Assembly: GCA_038231275.1 (NCBI GenBank)
Contig: JBBRLQ010000028.1
Coordinates: 32,001 to 96,000, forward strand
Source: Polyangiales bacterium
Lineage (GTDB): Bacteria; Myxococcota_A; Polyangia; Polyangiales; Polyangiaceae
Length of the DNA stretch: 64,000 bases
Direction of reading: 5' to 3'
The notes under the pieces were generated by a model. That model was not told where the DNA came from, ran no database searches, and was given only the letters and a program-made list of their open reading frames with translations. The translations under genes and the position numbers were made by a program. How positions within the stretch are numbered: the first letter of the stretch is position 1; each line of letters begins with the position of its first letter. Below are positions 59,530 to 64,000 of the stretch, piece after piece.

Positions 59530-61444
59530 GTCGGGGGACCTTCGGAGGGGCTTTTTCGAGGGGGAGGGTGCTCCGCGGGTCGAACCCGGTCGCGCCGAGG
59601 CCGCGGACGGTGGCGCCGCTGCCGGGCGCCTCGCTGGGTCGGGGGCTGCTGGGAGGCTCCTCTTCTGGAGGGACGTCGCGCACCGTGAGCCCTGGATCGC
59701 CGTGCGGGGGGACACCGACGGGCGCGAGCCGATCGACCTCGGCCTCGACGCGCGCATCCACGTCGCCGCCGGCGTAGGCGGCCTTCTCGACCGCGTCGGC
59801 CCATTTCGCCATCGCGAAATCGTTGCCGGCGGCGCGCCGGACGTGGCCGGGGGTCGGCTCGGGGTGCGTGTCGTAAGGGCGGCCGCGGCGCTTCGCCCAG
59901 GCGACGAGGCGCTCGAGGAGGCGTCGCTTGCGGAGGACGAGCGCGATCTGGAGCTCCCCGCACGGAGGCAGCGGCTGGCGGAGCTCGGCGTGGAGCGGCC
60001 CGTCGACCACGAGCTCGTCGAAGCCCTCTCCGCCCCCTTCGGCGCGGAGCTCGAAGCGGCCCGCCTCGTTGACGAACGAGCTCGCCGTCACCTGGGCGCG
60101 CTCGAAGCCAGGCCGCTCGATGCGCACCCGCGCGCCGCGGATCGGCACGGCGTCGTGCGCGTCGATGACCCTTCCTGACCAGCCCGCGCGGCTATCGCGG
60201 GTCGGTCGGAGCACCTCGACGCGCGCCTCGCCGAGGATCGCCGCCTTGGGAGGCATCGTGCTCTTCGGCGTGAGGGGCTTCGGTTTGATGCGCCCGAGCA
60301 CGAGCCAGAGCACGACGGCCAGGCCCGCCACGACGAGCGGCGCCTGCCTCCACGGGCTCGGCCCTTTGACGCGCACGCGCACGATCGCGTCTTCCCCGGG
60401 GATGAGCCACGGCGCGCTCGGCAAGTAGCGAATGCGCACTTCGGCGTCGGTCTCTTCGCGCGGGCCCCCGAACGTCACGACGAGCGCCGCCTTTCCGTTC
60501 TCCAGCGGCGCCGCTCCGACGACCGCGTCACCGATTCGCGCCTCGACGCTCCCGGTCGGGGCGAGGCCGCCCTTGGTCGATGCGGCGATCGGGAGCGATA
60601 TCCCCTCCTCGGGCGCGACCGGTATCCTCAGGTCGTCGGGCGCCTGGAGCACCACCCGCGCCTGCCGTTCGATGGGTGCACTATGCACGCTCTTCGTCAA
60701 ATCGACGTTTCCGTTGAAGGTCACACGCAGCTCGCCGCGCCCCGCCGGCCCCAAGCGCTCGCTCGCCACGTTGAGCTTCAGTACACCGGCGGAGTTGGTC
60801 GCGCCGGCGCCCAAGGGATCGCCTCTCTCGTTCGTCAAGAAGAGGGGCAGGGACGCGCCGGCGTGGGTCGTCTGGTTCTCCTGGTACGACGCCAGGATCT
60901 GCACGGTGAGCTGCGCCTTGTCGAGCGAGACGACGCGCGGCTCCGGGTCGAAGCGCAGAGTGATCGACTGGCGACCTGTGTCGACGGGCAGATCCAGCTT
61001 GGCTCCTTCGAGCAGCGTCGTTCCACCCCACGCGATCGTCGCGACGTACTTGTCGCGTGGCACGGTGACGCGTACGCAGAACCGCCCGGCTTCGTCGGTG
61101 AGGAGGACGACCGGACCACCCGCGTTCTGCGGCCTTGGATCGTTCGCATCGTGGAAGCCGGCGGCGCAGCTCCGCGCGGTCTGTCCGTCCTCGGAGAACG
61201 ACACGATCTGTCGTGGGTCGGCCTCTCGCGCCAGCGTCAGTGCGACGTTCTCGCCGGCCAGCGCCTGCCCTCCATCGTCGGCGAGCGCGCCGCTGAGGAC
61301 GAGATCCCCCGCGTCGCGCGCCGCTTGTGCGTCGATGCGCGCGGAGCCGCGCACGTGGATCCGCGGTCCTGCGGCGACGTCGGCCGCCACCGCGAGCGTC
61401 GCCGACATGGCGAGGACGGCGAGAAGGTGCGAGTGCGGGGCCAC
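59522..61444 (-). CDS. Membrane-anchored protein with Ig-like/carboxypeptidase-regulatory-like domains
   Basis: Signal peptide, beta-sandwich repeats, TM near residue 370, GRVIDAHD..PIRGARV. Confidence 0.7.
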   Translation of the reverse strand: MAPHSHLLAVLAMSATLAVAADVAAGPRIHVRGSARIDAQAARDAGDLVLSGALADDGGQALAGENVALTLAREADPRQIVSFSEDGQTARSCAAGFHDANDPRPQNAGGPVVLLTDEAGRFCVRVTVPRDKYVATIAWGGTTLLEGAKLDLPVDTGRQSITLRFDPEPRVVSLDKAQLTVQILASYQENQTTHAGASLPLFLTNERGDPLGAGATNSAGVLKLNVASERLGPAGRGELRVTFNGNVDLTKSVHSAPIERQARVVLQAPDDLRIPVAPEEGISLPIAASTKGGLAPTGSVEARIGDAVVGAAPLENGKAALVVTFGGPREETDAEVRIRYLPSAPWLIPGEDAIVRVRVKGPSPWRQAPLVVAGLAVVLWLVLGRIKPKPLTPKSTMPPKAAILGEARVEVLRPTRDSRAGWSGRVIDAHDAVPIRGARVRIERPGFERAQVTASSFVNEAGRFELRAEGGGEGFDELVVDGPLHAELRQPLPPCGELQIALVLRKRRLLERLVAWAKRRGRPYDTHPEPTPGHVRRAAGNDFAMAKWADAVEKAAYAGGDVDARVEAEVDRLAPVGVPPHGDPGLTVRDVPPEEEPPSSPRPSEAPGSGATVRGLGATGFDPRSTLPLEKAPPKVPRPS

Positions 61445-61562
61445 GCGTCGAGTCTACTGGATGTGCGTACACGTGAGGAGCGCGAGGACTCGAGGCCCGA
61501 TTGAAATCCGATCGAAGGGAGCCGTTCAAGAGGGTGGCGTGCGTGATAACTTGAAGAGGATC

Positions 61563-62405
61563 ATGGCGAGCCCGTCACGACGGACTTGGACGCTCGTCTT
61601 GGCGATGGTCGTCGCCCTCGTGACGTCGCCGGCGTCGGCCGACAGCCGCACCGACTTTCTCATCGGACGATTGGCGTCCGACGACTTCCGCGTGCGCACC
61701 AACGCGGCGCTGGCGCTCGGCGCGACGAACGACGACGCGGCGGTCCAACCTCTGTGCGGCGTGCTCGACGACGCGAGCGAGGTCGTACGCCAAGCGAGCG
61801 CCGTCGCGCTGAAGCGCCTGATGAAGCCGGCGAGCGTCGGATGCCTGAAGACGCACCTCGACTCGGAAAAGAACGACTCGGTGAAGCTCCAGCTCTCGCG
61901 CGCGATCGAGGCCATCGAGGCCGCGGGCGGCGCTACGACGACCGATGATCCAGGGGGCTCCGCCGATACGCCCAAGCAGAACTCCGGCGCGAAGTACTAC
62001 GTGTCCGTCGCGCCGATCTCGAACAGCTCGGCGCGCCCGCAAGCGGACGTCGAGCGCATCGTCGGCGCCGCGGTTCGCTCGAAGCTCGACGCCCTCGGCC
62101 AGTACCAGGTGGCACCCGGGAAGGAGACGCCGGAGGCGGCGCGCGCGCTGATGCAGAAGCGCAAAATGAAGGGCTTTCACCTCACCATCGCGGTCGACAA
62201 GCTCGACTACGGCCAAGATGGGCTCAAGGTTACGTTGCGACTCGTCATCTTCAACTACCCCAGCAAGGCCATGCAGGGGATGCTCAATTCCTCGAAATTG
62301 ATGCCCGGCGCGCGGCCGGGCGACAAGTCGGCCGAGGACCAGCTGCTCGCGGCGGCGGCGTCTTCCGCCATCGACACCTTCGCGCAAAACGCGGCCAATT
62401 TTTAG
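61563..62405 (+). CDS. Secreted HEAT-repeat protein
   Basis: Signal peptide ending ASA; DDFRVRTNAALALG, LDDASEVVRQASAVAL. Confidence 0.8.
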   Translation: MASPSRRTWTLVLAMVVALVTSPASADSRTDFLIGRLASDDFRVRTNAALALGATNDDAAVQPLCGVLDDASEVVRQASAVALKRLMKPASVGCLKTHLDSEKNDSVKLQLSRAIEAIEAAGGATTTDDPGGSADTPKQNSGAKYYVSVAPISNSSARPQADVERIVGAAVRSKLDALGQYQVAPGKETPEAARALMQKRKMKGFHLTIAVDKLDYGQDGLKVTLRLVIFNYPSKAMQGMLNSSKLMPGARPGDKSAEDQLLAAAASSAIDTFAQNAANF

Positions 62406-62439
62406 CGCACCTTCCGCAATTCAACGAGGATGTGACCCC

Positions 62440-63156
62440 ATGACCACCTCTGCCCCTTCGGCGCCCGCGACACCGGGGCCCGTGAAATACAAGCGGAGCG
62501 TCAAGAACTACCTCATCGACTCGCGCTTCCAGCTCAAATACACGGCGATGATCATCGGGGTCGCGCTCGTCATCAGCGCGGTCATGGGCACGTTCCTTTA
62601 TCGGACGAGCCAGGACGTCGTTCGCGAGAGCCAGCTCGTCGTCGAGGAGAGCAAGAAGGTCTCCGACGTCGTGAAGATGAACATCGCCAAGGACCCGGTC
62701 TACAGCGACAACCCCGAGCTCGCGACGGCGTTCTCGTCCGGCGCCACCGAGTCGGACAAGAAGATCGAAGAGCAGCAGCGCCGCGTCATGCAGCAGCAAC
62801 AGACGATGATCTACGCGCTCGTCGGCGGCCTCGCGGCGATGGTCGTCCTCATCGGCCTCCTCGGCATCTACTTCACGCACAAGGTCGCCGGCCCCATCTA
62901 CAAGATGAAGCTGCTCCTCAAGCAGGTCGGCGACGGCAAGCTCACGTTCCACGGCAAGCTCCGCAAGGGCGACGAGCTGCAGGACTTCTTCGAGACGTTC
63001 TCCGCGATGGTGGAGCAGCTCCGCGAGCGGCAGGCCAAGGAGGTCGCCGAGCTCTCCGAGGCGATCGACGGCGCGCGCAAGGCGGGCGCGGCGGAGGAGG
63101 AGATCGCGAAGGTCATGCACGTCCGCGACGAGATGAAGAAGGCGCTCGAAGCCTGA
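62440..63156 (+). CDS. HAMP-domain membrane protein
   Basis: KR..KNYLID.RFQLKY, two TMs, THKVAGPIY..GDG..LRKGDELQD. Confidence 0.8.
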   Translation: MTTSAPSAPATPGPVKYKRSVKNYLIDSRFQLKYTAMIIGVALVISAVMGTFLYRTSQDVVRESQLVVEESKKVSDVVKMNIAKDPVYSDNPELATAFSSGATESDKKIEEQQRRVMQQQQTMIYALVGGLAAMVVLIGLLGIYFTHKVAGPIYKMKLLLKQVGDGKLTFHGKLRKGDELQDFFETFSAMVEQLRERQAKEVAELSEAIDGARKAGAAEEEIAKVMHVRDEMKKALEA

Positions 63157-63160
63157 CGCG

Positions 63161-63985
63161 TCAGAACGAAACCAGGGCCGGGGCGAGCTGCGCGCGGCGC
63201 GCGGGGTCGCTGCCGTCCCGACCGAGCCAGAGCACGCCGGCGGCGGCGAGGGCCACGACGCCGACGGCGAGCGTAACCCCCGACACGACGAACCGCGTCT
63301 TCACGGACGTGGCGTCCGATGCCGCGCATGTCCGGTGTGCGGCGCAGGGTGCGGCTTCGAGCGCCGACAGATCGGAGTCGGCGCCGAATCCAACGATGGC
63401 CGACGTCGACAGCGCGATCACGCCGACGCCCGCCAGCGCGATCGACGCCCACGGGAGAGAGCGCGAGGAGCCCGCCGGGGCCGGGGTCGTCGGAGGCCCC
63501 GGCGGGAGAGCCGGGGGAGGCGGCTCGCCGAGCTGAACGGAAACGGGGCGGTTCTTTTCTGCCGAGCGCAGCACGACGCGCACCTCGGCGTGCCGCGACC
63601 CCGCATCGAACGCGATCACGTGCGGTCCGGGGTCGAGCGGGATGGGCATCCCGCCGAGCCTGCTGGCGACGACCTTCCCGTCGACGGAGAGGCGCACCTC
63701 GTCGAGGTCCGCGCCGGCTGCGTCGCGTGCGCCGGCGACGACCGTTGGCACCATCGCGTCTACCTCGGCGAGCCACTTTGCGCACTGCGATTTGACGACG
63801 GCCGGACACGCCTCGCTCCCGCACGTCAGGAACTGGGCGCGCGCTGCGAGGAGCTGGCCCTGGTCGCGCGAGACCTGGCCCCCTTCGGAGCTGCTGAGGC
63901 ACTCGGTCAGATTCGGATCGGCACGCGCGATCGAGTAGGGAGCCGCCCCGAGCAAGAAGGCGAGGAGCGCCAGGCGGAGCCGCAC
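63161..63985 (-). CDS. Secreted/membrane hypothetical protein (PEGA-like domain)
   Basis: Signal peptide, Cys-rich helical N-terminus, VDG..LDPGPH, C-terminal TMs. Confidence 0.7.
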   Translation of the reverse strand: MRLRLALLAFLLGAAPYSIARADPNLTECLSSSEGGQVSRDQGQLLAARAQFLTCGSEACPAVVKSQCAKWLAEVDAMVPTVVAGARDAAGADLDEVRLSVDGKVVASRLGGMPIPLDPGPHVIAFDAGSRHAEVRVVLRSAEKNRPVSVQLGEPPPPALPPGPPTTPAPAGSSRSLPWASIALAGVGVIALSTSAIVGFGADSDLSALEAAPCAAHRTCAASDATSVKTRFVVSGVTLAVGVVALAAAGVLWLGRDGSDPARRAQLAPALVSF

Positions 63986-64000
63986 ATCCCGATCCTACGG

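Overview
This is a GC-rich bacterial chromosomal segment. The gene content looks myxobacterial (Polyangiales-like): Ser/Thr kinases, FGE-fold and 'DAG'-linker lipoproteins, paired Glt-like outer-membrane barrels and several sigma-54 promoters; the taxonomy is inferred. It carries housekeeping genes (yajC-secD-secF, ftsY, hisS, cystathionine gamma-synthase/lyase, mlaF/mlaD), a Cus-type RND metal efflux operon, a sigma-54 two-component system divergent from a PPIase-HupE/UreJ-DUF3604 operon, and a C39-peptidase type I secretion system with no obvious cargo in its own operon. Three observations stand out. (1) hisS encodes an alphaproteobacterial-type HisRS and lies 21 bp tail-to-tail with a tRNA-His(GUG) gene that has no encoded G-1 and has A73 and G1:U72. 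These are the divergent alphaproteobacterial identity rules, suggesting a co-transferred orthogonal synthetase/tRNA cassette. (2) Next to it is a polymorphic-toxin islet with a DcrB/Eag chaperone and a prePAAR-TM-PAAR-TM effector whose C-terminus carries RelA/SpoT synthetase-like motifs. (3) A sigma-54-driven Cys-rich peptide, a diiron ferritin-like enzyme and a divergent Lgt paralogue near the C39 exporter form a possible RiPP-like system. No CRISPR array, rRNA, integrase or transposase was seen. All family calls come from motif recognition by eye, without database searches.
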